From positions 310,001 to 374,000 of the forward strand of contig JAQGDQ010000189.1 in NCBI GenBank assembly GCA_030141605.1: DNA of 64,000 nucleotides, given 5' to 3'. Below the pieces are notes generated by a model, which saw nothing but the letters and a program-made list of their open reading frames with translations, was not told where the DNA came from and made no database searches. The DNA is from Tubiluchus corallicola. Taxonomy: Eukaryota > Animalia > Priapulida. Below are positions 1-13,390 of the stretch, one piece after another (the stretch's first letter is position 1; each line of letters starts with the position of its first letter). The position numbers and the translations under genes are program-made.

Positions 1-247
1 CACAAATTTTAGCAAACATTACAAAACCAACAGACGTAGTAATTACGTTATCACTGCCTGTAATCATCAAATATTCAAACATTGCAAATGTGCGTGTTGA
101 TGACGAAGATTATGTTAATGATGACATCATTTCATTAAAGCTGTGAATTCATTACTGCGTTTCTTCAAATCTCTGAGTAAAAAAACGTATATTGCTTACT
201 TAAACTGTTCACTGTTTATTGCTGTGGCAGTTCGATTTTTAACTTAA

Positions 248-924
248 AGAACAAGTAAAGGGGCATCTGAAGTGGTTTCAGAAAAATTGCCTCAAAAAAC
301 TATATTATTTTACAGCAATTTTATGCATGTATCGTACTCGCGATGGAAGGATTTCTTGTTTGTTTTCATTTTAAATCTCTTGTAATACTGTTTCGACCGC
401 GCCATTACATGACGTCACATGCGCACAAAGTAAATCACGTGAAGAAACGGAAATGTTAAACTATGTCACAAGAAACTTCCTATTGAAAGTTATATTACTT
501 AGCATTTCACTTACCTGCTTGAAAGATTTATGTAACTAGAAAAAAAATTATTAATTATTTAAAATGTTTTCACCAATTGGTAAAGTGTCGCTGACTCACT
601 CTCCAGGGTGCGCCACTTACTCACGAAAAATGTATTTTTAATCTTATTGACAAGATACAGTAGTTCAAAATTTTAGTTAGTTAGTGACGTGTGCGCTAGG
701 AATGCTCTGATTACTTTTTCAAACTTTACACAATCTTATCTAAATTTGTTTCAAATAACTTATCGTCAAAATGGCTGCGCCCAGCGATCACCGGCAGGAG
801 TTTAAGCTTACACGTTTCATACAGCGTTACTGTTAAAACAAGCTCTCTATACAATAAGACAGCATTTAAAGGATATTTCAAGACTATTTTTAAGCTGTAT
901 ATGTGAGGGGTGTTTTCTTGTGCT
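248..924. mobile_element. Non-autonomous DNA transposon, Kolobok-like family 1
   Basis: TTAA at 244-247 and 925-928; imperfect TIR AG(A/C)ACAAG(T/A)AAA; a second, truncated copy starts at 51978. AG termini rather than CCC favour Kolobok over piggyBac. Confidence 0.65.
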
Positions 925-2232
925 TTAAATAAAGCCGGCATTGAATGATTGAGACATTTAAGATAGCACAGAATCACGCTGTGCTATTTACTCCTACACA
1001 TTATGAGGCCAATATATTATAGTGTTATCAGAGAGGCCCATTGTCCAATCCATCAAGTTGCATGACTACTGCTTCAGCCTCTCTACTCAAGGTTGTGCAG
1101 AATCTCAGTACGAAGTCTAAATTGGTCTGTTTGTCCAATTAGCTGTGTATTAAGCTACGGTATTAACCCAGTTATGTCACAGATTAAGAGAGGGAGGGAC
1201 TGAGTACTAGAATTAGGCGTATTTACGCAACTTAGCGAGTCTTTGATTGAATGGAACGTGAAGACGAGATGAGGACCATTTTGCCGCGGGAGGGGGGGAT
1301 TCTATAACTCTAAACTGTCCCCTTGCAGAAAACTTCTTCAAATTGTTCTATACGAGGCGAGGGAAAAATACGAGTGTTTGCCGTCTGTAATAAGCCTTTT
1401 CGCACTTCCAGCGAGTGATGATGATCGCGAAAGGTCTAAGGTTAAGTGTAACAGACGAATATGCGTACACTTGACAACGCTTCGCAGCCCATGTTATGGT
1501 AAACGTAATTAGGAAAAGGGACGAATGTAAACTATAATGCATAATTAAGTAAAGTTACTGAACTAATGCGGCAGACGGTTTTGCTTTACCCACATGTCAC
1601 ATGACGGCTGTAGTTAAGACTTAATCCGAATCCTGCTAATCCCAATCTCGCTAATCCTACATTAAAGATGCTTCATCCCCCCCCGGCTCATTATAAACTA
1701 TAGATGCTTTACTGGGAATTTCTCATCACAGAAGTGGGGAACGGTCATCCTGCAGAAGACCACTGCCAACTGACCACACCTGGACTGAATCAGCCACTGA
1801 CCACTTCATTCCCGTTGACAAAAATCAATCGGCGACAAGTCAATATAACGAATTTCATTTCATCAACGTCAATGCCTGCAAGGCACTGGGAGAAACCACT
1901 AAGAGAGGCTGAGGATGAAGCAATCACACTTTTGATGCTGTGGGAAGCTGAGGAAGAAGCACTCAGACTTGTGACGCTCAGGGAATCATTAAACTCGCTA
2001 TAAACCTCGCAGCGCTGCAATACAAACTATAAAATCTTTAAAATACAGCAGCAATTGCACAGCGTCTGAAAATAATCAGAAAACAATACAGTCTGGTCAG
2101 TGTGCAGCTGCATATATGTTAGTAATCACTTCTCATTGGATGACGATATTACACATCTTCTTCTTCATGGGAATGCAAGCTTAAGCTATGAAATATTATA
2201 GTCTAAAAATGTAATATTGTTTTGCAAAAAAA

Positions 2233-2420
2233 ATTTTAATATGGTGTTTGTAAATGTCCATTTATTGTATATAATTAGGCCTTAGTTTTGCACTTTAGTT
2301 TTTTTAGTATGCACTGGACGCATTTGTCTTGAACAATGTTGTTATTTTAACATTACGCTGAGGCTTACTCAATTTTATTATAATGAGTGAACCATTTTAA
2401 TGACAAATAACGAATTAATA
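2233..2420 (+). mobile_element. Dispersed repeat, probable LINE 3' UTR/tail
   Basis: Near-identical to ~45483-45670; both end in an A-rich AATAA tail. Confidence 0.55.
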
Positions 2421-2724
2421 AAAATGATTGTTTAATATTTCAATGTTTTCAAGATTTTATTATTTGCACAAAACGTTTTTGAAATTGATAATTTTTAATT
2501 AATCGGCTGAGACAATGTTTAATTTTTTTAACTATAATATTTTTAACATTGTACATGTTGCATATACCACATTATGACCTAGTCTATATTGAGCAGTCCT
2601 GTTTTCTTATTTTCAGTGGTATGATACTATAGGCCTACTAATCCATGTTGACTTCCAATGTAAATCTGTCACGTTATTTGAAGTGTTTGATTCAAGCCAA
2701 ATAAAACTATGTTTAAAATAAAAA

Positions 2725-2945
2725 ACTAACTTATGATTATTTGCGCCATACAAGCCAACTGGCACTGTAAGGAGAACTAAAGCACGTTTTTGTTCAGTGT
2801 TGTAAAGATAGGATTTATTCCGTAGCTTCACTGCAGCACTGTGCCAGACCATTGAGGTAAAAATAACTTATGATTATTTGCGCCATACAAGCCAACTGGC
2901 ACTGTAAGGAGAACTATAGCACGTTTTTATTCAGTGTCGTAAAGC
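2725..2945. repeat. Direct duplication of ~85 bp
   Basis: aacttatgattatttgcgccatacaagccaactggcactgtaaggagaac occurs twice, ~137 bp apart. Confidence 0.8.
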
Positions 2946-2959
2946 CAGGACTTATGAAA

Positions 2960-3140
2960 TAACTAGCAAATGGCGAAATGCACGTAACAGCAAAGAACTA
3001 GTGGCGTGAACGTGAAATTACTTTTGTGTGGTAATAATTCTTTCACGTAAGTCATTTTTGAAAAAGTAGCATGTTTCCTTTCAATATTTTAAAGAGTAGA
3101 TTGTTTTAACTTACAGTTTAGGATTGGGTCTAGTTTTCCT
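2960..3140 (+). mobile_element. 3' fragment of Kolobok-like MITE family 2
   Basis: Same 3' segment as 6162-6766 and 53007-53582; ends ...gttttcct|TTAA. Confidence 0.7.
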
Positions 3141-3235
3141 TTAAACTTCCAGGTCTGACTTGATTCCCAGACACTGCCTGTCTGGCAAATCGGCCAAGCA
3201 AAGCAACTAGCCCATTCATCTAATCACTAACATAC

Positions 3236-3304
3236 CTTTTTCTCTTTTGGAGTTTTTGCTTCTTCGGTGGAAGGCTTTGATGATATACTGCCGTCATCCG
3301 CCAT
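3236..3304 (-). CDS. Putative first coding exon (MADDGSISSKPSTEEAKTPKEKK), possibly an alternative first exon of the SASH1-like gene
   Basis: aacATGG start context, 23 open codons, phase-0 donor AAG|GTATGT. Confidence 0.55.
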
Positions 3305-4511
3305 GTTGCCTAGCGGAGCAAGTGCTGCGTAACTATTGCACGGCACTGATGAATGTTAGCGTCATTATTTGAAGAGGTTTGACGCAAGTGAACTCTATTT
3401 TATTACTTAAAAACTCAGTTCAAAACAACAGCCCTGCTAAGAGCTTTCTATTCGTCGAACTAGCAAGTTTCAAAACTTCCAATTTCATTAATTGCACACG
3501 TATTCGCTGATAATTAGTCTAATTAGTCCCGCTTCTTTGACTATTATCAGATAAGCGTGCCACTAGAATCAATTTCACTTTCATTTGGTAACGACCGAGT
3601 CAAAACGACACGATAATGGCCACTAACATTTCACAAATCACGCTAATTCGAAAATTTCACCAGTTCAAACACTCCAAGTGTAACAGACACGAAGCAGAGA
3701 GAAAGAACGGTTACCTAGTAGCAAGCTGGGCACGGGCAGCTGGCAAGCATGGGAGAAGGAACGGGAAAGAGGACAGATAGGCTTCCCTAAATGCGGATCT
3801 AATTACATAACACGAGGAGACCTTTCCCACGTTAAGGTCTGTTCACAGTTTAGAATAACACAAGCGCTGCAGCTGCACGACTATAGTTGCTGTAGGATGA
3901 TCCATTGTATACGCCTGGACCAATGCCAGGCTAGCAGCTGTATTCTGTTAATTATAAACACCGATTGTCTGTTTATCCACTAAATGTAACTGATAAAAAG
4001 ATAAATTATTGAGAAATATAATGATTATCATATAAAAACACGAAAATGCCAGCTTCTAGGGATCAATGTTTATTGAGTGACTGCCTCTGTCACTTTCAGA
4101 TTGACATGCTGCTGGTTTCCCTTATTGTAGTTCCCAGTTGTAAATTTTGAAAAATCTAGAAGTTGTGTTTTTTTCTTATAATGCTTACTGTTGTGGTTAT
4201 TCGTTATGCAGACTTGGATTAATTGTTTACCTGTTGTGTTGTTTACCTATTGTCTTTTTTGATTCTCATGTGTTAGGTAAAAATTTTGTACATTTCTTTG
4301 CAATTTCCTCCCGTTACAAACCTGGTTTATTTTGATAGTTAAATTATAATCTGTTGTTTTCAGTTTCAGTTTGTGCCTTTGTATCGTTAACGTATTACTT
4401 GTTCTTTTTTGGCTTCATTTATAGTTTGATAATGGCTTCAATAGCCGAAACGATCGACGCTCAATAAACATGTTGATTATCATATAGACAGTTAATGTCG
4501 TATCATTAAAA

Positions 4512-5240
4512 CCAGCAGACAACACGTTTATGAATATTCCTTCAACGGTAACACATCACAAACAGTTACAAATTACCACATAATAAGTGACCAATTGGTG
4601 AAAAGCAGACAACACGTTTGCTGATAAGAGTTCACTGTTACTATAAATTCCTACAATGGTAACACATCACAAACAGTTATGAACTACCACATAATAAGTG
4701 ACTAATTGACGAAAAGCAGACAACACGTTTGCTGATTAGATTTCACCATTACTGTATATTCCTTCAACGGTAACACATCACAAACAGTTACGAATTACCA
4801 CATAATAAGTGACTAATTGATGAAAAGCAGACAACACGTTTGCTGATTAGAGTTCACTGTTACTATAAATTCCTACAATGGTAACACATCACAAACAGTT
4901 ATGAACTACCACATACTATGTGACTAATTGACGAAAAGCAGACAACACGTTTGCTGATTAGATTTCACCGTTACTGTATATTCCTTCAACGGTAACACAT
5001 CACAAACAGTTACGAATTACCACATAATAAGTGACTAATTGATGAAAAGCAGACAACACGTTTGCTGATTAGAGTTCACTGTTACTATAAATTCCTACAA
5101 TGGTAACACATCACAAACAGTTATGAACTAACACATAATAATTGACGAAAAGCAGACAACACGTTTGCTGATTAGATTTCACTGTTAATGTATATTCCTA
5201 CAATGGTAACACATCACAAACAACTACGAACTACCACATA
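4512..5240. repeat. Tandem repeat, 111-bp unit alternating two variants (222-bp higher-order period)
   Basis: aaaagcagacaacacg recurs at 4601, 4712, 4823, 4934, 5045; gagttcactg/ctacaatgg and gatttcacc/cttcaacgg variants alternate. Confidence 0.9.
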
Positions 5241-6161
5241 AGTAACGAATTGATGAACAGAAACACAAATGCGTAAACGAAGCTTCACCACAGCTGTAAG
5301 TCAAATTTTGGTACGAATTTGATTTGAAAACGAATTTTGTTAGCAAAAAATGTGAAAATAGGGTGACTGCCAGTTAACAATGTCAAATTTTACTTTGCGT
5401 TTTATGCAAACAAGTTCTCCTACTGACGGAAGTAATTTTTTGATTTCCGTGAATAAAACTCGGCGATTTCAAATGCACTACGCCAACGGCTGACATTTCC
5501 TACACCATACGCCAGACGTACGTATCTTAAATTCTCGTAAAATCGCAAATTCAAAGCAGAAAGAATCTCTAGCCGTTTTCAATGAAGCCAGGTTACACTA
5601 CACAAGTTGATACATGTAAAAACTATTACACTAACGATCGCAAAGCCCTAATTCACTAGACGTTCCACTTCGCTGACTCTGAATCACGCCGCCTCAAAAA
5701 AGAACCCGCCAGGAATCTGTCACCGCGTTTTTCTACAAGCTCGCGAACAACAGACGTCATTTCGCCGCGCGCAACGCTGCCGACGGCTCATTTTCGCGCT
5801 CCCGACACAACAGAAAAGATGATTGACGGCAAAAAGCAATCCATGCACCTCTCGCGAAAAGGAAATCAGACATTAGCACAGACCGCCGGTTGTGTGAAGC
5901 ACTTTCCAGCAATAACAGTGATTTCTTGTGACGCACCGCTCAAGAGAAACACAATCTAAATGTATAGAGCGTTTCGTATTAAACGTTACTGGATTTATCC
6001 TGGCAGCTCAGGCTCAGTAATCAATAAAACCGGAAGGAGGGCAATGCTCTGTTAAGAAGCCCAAATCTCTCGCGAGAAGAGAGGTTATTATGAGTTATAA
6101 TCTGGTCTGAGCTTGCAGGTGACAAATGAGACAAAGGAGCGGAAGTGAACTCGATTTTTAA

Positions 6162-6766
6162 AGGAAGACAAGATGATTTTTCATATACTACCCCATTTTC
6201 AAATACGATAAAAAGTATACATTTTAACACGATTAACACTGCAAAAACGTTTCTGATAATTAAATAATAGATTAAAATCTTAATTAGCAGCGAGCAAGCT
6301 CAACTATTGATGACATCACAAACTAACAATTTTCAGCAGCAAAAATATTCCACTAGCGTGTTCACGTGTTTACGAAAACGAAAATTAAAGCACAGAGCTA
6401 CTGTAAGATGTTCAGCGTGTTGTACTAAAACTAGACAAGTTTTAAGATGGAATTTCAAATTTGCTGGTGTAATCACGTATGAGCTGTCAAACGTAAGTAG
6501 TTCGTCATAAACTAACACATCTGAACTGATAGGTACAGCACCTGTTTTGGTGAAACGCGTTTCCGAAAAACAGATAACAGTGAAGAACTAGTGGCGCGAA
6601 CGCGAAATTGTGCTTGTGTGGTAATAATTCTTTCACATAAGTCATTTTCGAAAAAAATAGTACGTTCCCTTTCAATATTTCAAAGAGTAGATTGTTTTGA
6701 CATACAGTTTAAGATTGGCTCCAATTTAGCTTTGACCTACAGTTTAAGATTGGGTCCAATTTAGCT
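6162..6766 (+). mobile_element. Kolobok-like MITE family 2, near full length
   Basis: TTAA|AGGAAGAC start and ...gct|TTAA end; at least seven copies or fragments in the window. Confidence 0.75.
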
Positions 6767-6842
6767 TTAAGTCTTGTGACCTCTCTAATCACAGAGCATT
6801 TTTTTTTAAATCTTGAGGCACTTGAGCTTCGTCGAATGACCA

Positions 6843-7355
6843 AATGATGAATACACTGTGCTCTAAATATACGTTATTCTATATCACTAGGAGGCAGCAC
6901 TGTAGACAATGATGAATACACTGTGCTCTAACAATACGTTATTCTATATCACTAGGAGACAGCACTGTAGACAATGATGAACACACTGTGCTCTAACAAT
7001 ACGTTATTCTATATGACTAGGAGACAGCACTGTAGACAATGAGGAATACACTGTGCTCTAATAATACATTATTCTATATCACTAGGAGACAGCACTGTAG
7101 ACAACGATGAATACACAGTGCTCTAACAATACGTTATTCTATATCACTAGGAGTCAGCACTGTAGATAATGATGAATACACTGTGCTCCCTATATCACTA
7201 GGAGACAGCACTGTGGACAATGATGAATACACAGTGCTCTAACAATACGTTATTCTATATCACTAGGAGGCAGCACTGTAGACAATGATGAATACACAGT
7301 GCTCTAACAATATGTTATTCTATATCACCAGGAGGCAGCACTGTAGACAATGATG
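6843..7355. repeat. Minisatellite, 65-bp unit, ~8 copies
   Basis: aatgatgaatacactgtgctctaacaatacgttattctatatcactaggagacagcactgtagac repeated. Confidence 0.92.
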
Positions 7356-7894
7356 TATTTTTTAGCAAAGCATTTTTATCTTTCCTGTAACAAGGGGTAA
7401 CCACTTGAACTTACAACCTGCTCACTGCCAACTTGCTTTTAAAACTTTTTCTCAAACAGAATAATTGGAATCTGGAATCAACTCTCTGAGTGCCTCCTTG
7501 GTCTGTGTTCAGAGTAGCAAATCTTACCATGTAAATCTTAATAATCATTTATTTTTTAACAGGCCTGTGCAAGTAGCCTTGGCAGTTTGTGCTTTGATCA
7601 CAAATCTTTTAACAAGACACTATTTTATCTGTAAAATTTTTATTCTGTGCTGCATATACGTTTTGCCTGGTTTAATATTTTATACTAACTCGTAAATATT
7701 CTTAATATTTTTGTAATAAAGATTACGTATTAAACTAAATTAAACTAAGGGTGTCCCATAAATCTTACGGATTGGAAATTTATCAAACTATCATGTTACT
7801 TTATTTCCATAATTCTCGTCAGCCTCATTTTATCTCTGGTATAAAAGCGAAGGAGTTTGCAATTCCTCGCATAATTAAAATACGTTCACCCTTG

Positions 7895-8010
7895 TCCTAA
7901 CCCTAATCCTAATCCTAACCCTATCCTTATCCCTCACCCTAATCATAACCCTATCCTTATCCCTCACCCTAATCCTAACCCTATCCTTATCTCTCACATT
8001 AATCCTAACC
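7895..8010. repeat. Degenerate CCCTAA/TTAGGG-like tract (also ~12238-12330, 19885-20028, 26203-26355, 31872-32210, 57700-57840)
   Basis: ccctaa/cctaat/ccttat hexamer mosaics; most copies share the flank aattagttcgtgaagc, which points to an interspersed element. Confidence 0.8.
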
Positions 8011-8369
8011 ACGTTAGTGATTCTCTATAAACTCGAACTTAGCACTCAATGGTAGAGCCTCAATACGTGTGTGGCAGTACCGGGACGTATCATAGCTACA
8101 GTTAGGTGTGAATATGTCCTCCCACTACGAGGTCAACACCCATAATGAGCACCGTGAACAAAACAGTATAGAGCAAATATCAAGTGACGATTCATCTATT
8201 GACTAAACAGCCTACCGTTCCTTAACTAAGGTCGAAAAGCAAGCACCTTGACCACTAAGCTATTCCCCTCAGACTTCTACATGCATACCAGTTACATGGA
8301 GCAGTTGAAGTACTATGAAAGTAAAGAAAATTTATTGAAAATAATCAAGCAGAGAACAAGCAAAAAATA

Positions 8370-8590
8370 CTTAATTGCTTACTTGTTCATTTGTTTGTTT
8401 GTGTGCTTGGTTATTTGCTTGTTTAGTTGTTTGCTTGTAGGTTTAGTTATTTGCTTACTTGTTTAGTCGTTTGCTTGGTTAATTGGTTACTTATTAGTTC
8501 TTTGTTTATGTGGTTGGTTATCTGCTTACTTGTTTAGTTGTTTGCTTGGTTATTTGGATACTTGTTTAGTTGTTGTTTGTTCACACGCAA
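8370..8590. repeat. Degenerate minisatellite downstream of each Cys-rich gene (also ~12820-13230, 18880-19410, 25145-25720, 30735-31380)
   Basis: gtgcttggttatttgcttacttgtttagttgtttg units; copy number differs per cassette. Confidence 0.88.
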
Positions 8591-8756
8591 ACCTATTTAC
8601 TTGTAAGTATATTTGTTTGTCTATCACTATTCTCTACAATGGCCTAAGTCTCTGCTAATTTTCCTACTAACAACCACAAGGCCAGTAATAGGTCTGTGAG
8701 ACATCAACAAATAAATATCAACAAGAATGTAAATTAAAAATAAACATCAAATCAAA

Positions 8757-10664
8757 TTAATTAACAGGAGGATTCCGTTCCAATGTAAATAACCCATCAG
8801 GAGGAGTTTCTAAACGTACCAGCACTTTTTTCTTCTTTAGTTCTTTTTTGTATTTTTCTTGTCCTCTGTTAGGCCAACCATTCATTGGTGGATCTATAGG
8901 TGTGCAGTTGCATTTCTGAATTTGCATAAAGAGACGATAATTGTTCTGCCAGTCTTTCAAAGGGCACACGAGTACCCCGCCTGCAGGCACCGCTGAATAA
9001 AACGTGAAATTCGCATTGTAGTGGAACACGGTGTACGACTCGCTTTCAGAACCGAATATGTCTTTTTCTGCTTCACTGTAATTCAAGTCAACAAATGAGA
9101 ACTTCATTAAGGTAGGAAATGTGTTATTCCACTGCCTGCATTCTATGTCACATTTATCTCTGCACTCTGAGTCAATTCCATCTTTCAAACTGCAGTTTTT
9201 TTCGCACGTTGACTGACAGTAGTTGTAGTCTCTAAATGGCGAATGCCGCCGACGTCGTCTGGTATGCCTTGTCTTCGGTCTTTTGCCTTTACATGTTGCA
9301 ATGCATTTGATCTTGCACACTTCTGGATCTTTAGTAGCATCACACAGATTTTCACACTCTGCAACACAATCCTCAAATGACGTAGGCATGACTGTTGTTG
9401 GTGACGTTGTTGTTGTTGTTGTCCTTGTCCTTGTCACTGAAGTCATTGTTGTTCTTTTTCGTGCTGAGGTTGTCATCGGCAGCGGAAAAGGCTGACAGTT
9501 TTCTGTGCAATTTTTTCTACATTTCCGTAATTCGCTATATTCGATATCACCAAGGCACGGACCAAAACAATAGCAGAAACAGTTATACTTTTCTCTACAA
9601 GTCTTTTTGCAATCTGGTACACACATATTCTGATTTTCCTCTGCTGCACATCGGCCTGCGCAGACAGAATCACAATATTTAATTCTGTACTGCAGGCAAC
9701 CATTTATTTTCCAGCAGTTGCGTTCACTGTAAGCCTCGCGGTCCCTTTCGCATTCAGTGCGACTCAGGTCTTTTATTCTAGCACAGTTAGGTTTGTATTC
9801 ACGGACGAGCTTTTTTACACAAACACAATGAAGATTTTTACAATCATTCTTACACATCTCATTTGCATGCATGCAGTCATTTTTACACTCTTCGTTCTTA
9901 CATGTTTCTATGCAGGCTTGCTCTACAATATTACACGTGCGCTCACACCTGCATCGACACTTAGCACCCTTCACATGATTGTGTAGGGCACAGTATTGTG
10001 GGCACACACTTTCACACTCATGTCTCTTGTCCCTCCCACGACAATTACGTTTACAGGTCGCTATGCAGTCTTTATAGTATGTACAATTTCGGAGCACCAG
10101 CGGGGGGTTGTATCTTTTGACTCGTTTGGCTCGTTTTATCCTCTTTGTTGTTCTGTTTGTCCTCATATTTTGCCATTTAGGAGCTGAGCTTTTTTGATAA
10201 ACAGGACTGATGTTTTCAAACACTTTTAAGCTGACTGATACAATGTCACAGCGTGCACGTTTCTCATTACTGTCAAAAATCGCTGCAAGGCAAATTCTTT
10301 TTCCAGTCGGTTTTTCTGTGGACTCCTTTATTTCGATGCCACAGTCCTTCAGTTCGTTCCACGTTACATATCTTATAGACTCTAAGTTGATTTCAGACTG
10401 CTTCATTAAGTAATGCTCGATGTAGTCTTCCTTGCAAATCGTTTCAGCTGAATCATAACCTGAGAATGTTCCTGAGTCAATTTCAAATTTTGTTTGAGAA
10501 CTATTGACTGGACGAGTGAAGTTGCAAATGCTTGGCGAAGTTTGACCAGAATTGTTTGGGTAAGATATTCGAAATCCGCACGTTTCAACGAAAAATAAGA
10601 CAAAGTTTAACCAGCTTAATGCACGAGATTTTGAATCGCATCTACGGGTTAGCAAAAACCACAT
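8757..10664 (-). CDS. Secreted Cys-rich helical-hairpin repeat protein, copy A (635 aa, one module), intronless, family not recognised
   Basis: Long ATG ORF conserved across paralogues; hydrophobic N-terminus ALSWLNFVLFFVETCG; many N-x-S/T sequons; CX3CX3C repeats; Thr-rich stalk; polybasic RxxR sites. Confidence 0.9.
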   Translation of the reverse strand: MWFLLTRRCDSKSRALSWLNFVLFFVETCGFRISYPNNSGQTSPSICNFTRPVNSSQTKFEIDSGTFSGYDSAETICKEDYIEHYLMKQSEINLESIRYVTWNELKDCGIEIKESTEKPTGKRICLAAIFDSNEKRARCDIVSVSLKVFENISPVYQKSSAPKWQNMRTNRTTKRIKRAKRVKRYNPPLVLRNCTYYKDCIATCKRNCRGRDKRHECESVCPQYCALHNHVKGAKCRCRCERTCNIVEQACIETCKNEECKNDCMHANEMCKNDCKNLHCVCVKKLVREYKPNCARIKDLSRTECERDREAYSERNCWKINGCLQYRIKYCDSVCAGRCAAEENQNMCVPDCKKTCREKYNCFCYCFGPCLGDIEYSELRKCRKNCTENCQPFPLPMTTSARKRTTMTSVTRTRTTTTTTSPTTVMPTSFEDCVAECENLCDATKDPEVCKIKCIATCKGKRPKTRHTRRRRRHSPFRDYNYCQSTCEKNCSLKDGIDSECRDKCDIECRQWNNTFPTLMKFSFVDLNYSEAEKDIFGSESESYTVFHYNANFTFYSAVPAGGVLVCPLKDWQNNYRLFMQIQKCNCTPIDPPMNGWPNRGQEKYKKELKKKKVLVRLETPPDGLFTLERNPPVN

Positions 10665-11058
10665 TATTGCAAGAGATATTGCACAACAATATGTAGCCGT
10701 AAAAGTATCAAATCATCACCTGCTGACTTTTAGCAGCTTTACAGACTGCAGAATTCTGAATTTATTATACCACAAGTTCTTTCTCTTTTTACGGTGGTTA
10801 CCCCAGTACAGAGTAGTTAGAATTGTGGAACTGATTTCTTCATGGAATAAATTTGAAGACAATGCTAAAACCATCTTCATTGTCTGCAGGAAGTTCCCAG
10901 GTTTGTCATGCTTAATGAATTGTCCTGGTCTTGGTTCTAAAGAAGCTATTGTCTCTTAAGTTTGAACTAATTTCTTATATGATTCAGTAACTTCATAATC
11001 AAATGACTAAAAATATTTTGTCACTTAATGGTATATATTAATTTCGCTGGTATGTTAT

Positions 11059-11800
<742 letters not shown>

Positions 11801-13390
11801 TATAATTTTTGTTATGGACTCCCTGAGTGCCTCCTTGGTCTGCGTTTAGAGTAGAAAACTTTTTAAAAAAACGTTTAAAAGTGTAAATCTTAATAATCAT
11901 TTATCTTTTAACAGGCCTGTGCAAGTAGCCTTGGCAGTTTGTGCTTTGATCCCAAATCTTTAACAAGACACTATTTTATCTGTAAAATTTTTATTCTGTG
12001 CTGCATATACGTTTTGCCTGGTTTAATATTTTATACTAACTCGTAAATATTCTTAATATTTTTGTAATAAAGATTACGTATTAAACTAAATTAAACTAAG
12101 GGTGTCCCGTAAATCTTACGCATTGGAAATTTATCAAACTATTATGTTACTTTGTTTCCATAATTCTCGTCAGCCTCATTTTATCTCTGGTATAAAAGGG
12201 AAGGAGTTTGCAATTCCTCGTGTAATTAAAATACCTTCACCCTAATCCTAATCCTATCCTATCCTTATCCCACACCCTAACCCTAATCCTAATCCCAATC
12301 CTAGCCCTATCCTTATCCCTCAACCTAATCCTCTTCACGAACTAATTTTTGCTTGTGTAGAATTGTAAACTTTAGCCCACAAATGTTTCAATATTGTATT
12401 TATTTTCTTCCACAGTTAGTGACTCTATAAACTCGAACTTAGCACTCAATGGGAGAGCCTCAATACGTGTGTGTGGCTGTACCGGAACATATGATAGCCA
12501 CAGTTAGGTGTGAATATGTCCTCTCTCTACTAGGTCAACACCCATAATGAGCACTGTGAACAAAACTGCATAGAGCAAATATCAAGTGACGATCCGTCTA
12601 TTGACTAAACAGCCTACCGTTGCTTAATTAATGTCGATAAGCAAGCACCTTGACCACTAAGCTATTCCCCTCAGACTTCTACATGCATACCAGTTACATT
12701 GAGCAGTTGAAGCACTATGAAAGTAAAGAAAATTTATTGAAAATAATCATGTAAAGAACAAGCTAAAAATACAGTTCAGTTTCAAAAATATCTTTACAGC
12801 AAATTCATTACAACAATATCTTTACTTGTTTATTTGTTTGTTGTATGCTTGGTTATTTGCTTACTTGTTTAGCTGTTTGTTTGTGTGCTTGGTTATTTGC
12901 TTACTTGCTTAGTTGTTTGTCGTGTGCTTGGTTATTTGCTTACTTGTTTAGGTGTTTGTTTGTGTGCTTGGCTATTTGCTTACTTGTTTAGTTGTTTGTT
13001 TGTGTGCTTGGCTATTTGCTTACTTGTTTATCTGTGTGCTTGGTGATTTGATGATCTGTTTAGTTGTTTGTTTGTGTGCTTGGTTATTTGCTTACTTGTT
13101 TAGTTGTATGCTTGTGTGCTTGGTAATTTGCTTACTTGTTTAGTTGTTTGTGTGGTTGGTTATCCACTTACTTGTTTAGTTATTTGTTTGTGTGCTTGGT
13201 TACTGTTTATTTGTCTAGTTGTTTGTTCACATGCATACCTATTTACTTGTAAGTATATTTGTTTGTCTATCACTATTCTCTACAATGGCCCAAGTCTCTG
13301 CTAATATTTCTACTAACAACCACAAGGCCTTAACACATTAACAAATAAATATCAACAAGAATTTAAATTAAAAATAAACATAAAATCAAA

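Noticed and set aside
1704-2003. 99-aa ORF as a gene
   Set aside because: No recognisable domain or splice support; it lies upstream of a LINE-like tail and may be a decayed element.
8248-8466. Recurring small ORF MTTKLF... in the cassettes (also 25642-25890, 31126-31551)
   Set aside because: TTG start, disrupted by a stop in the 12.7 kb copy, and runs into the minisatellite; conserved only through duplication.
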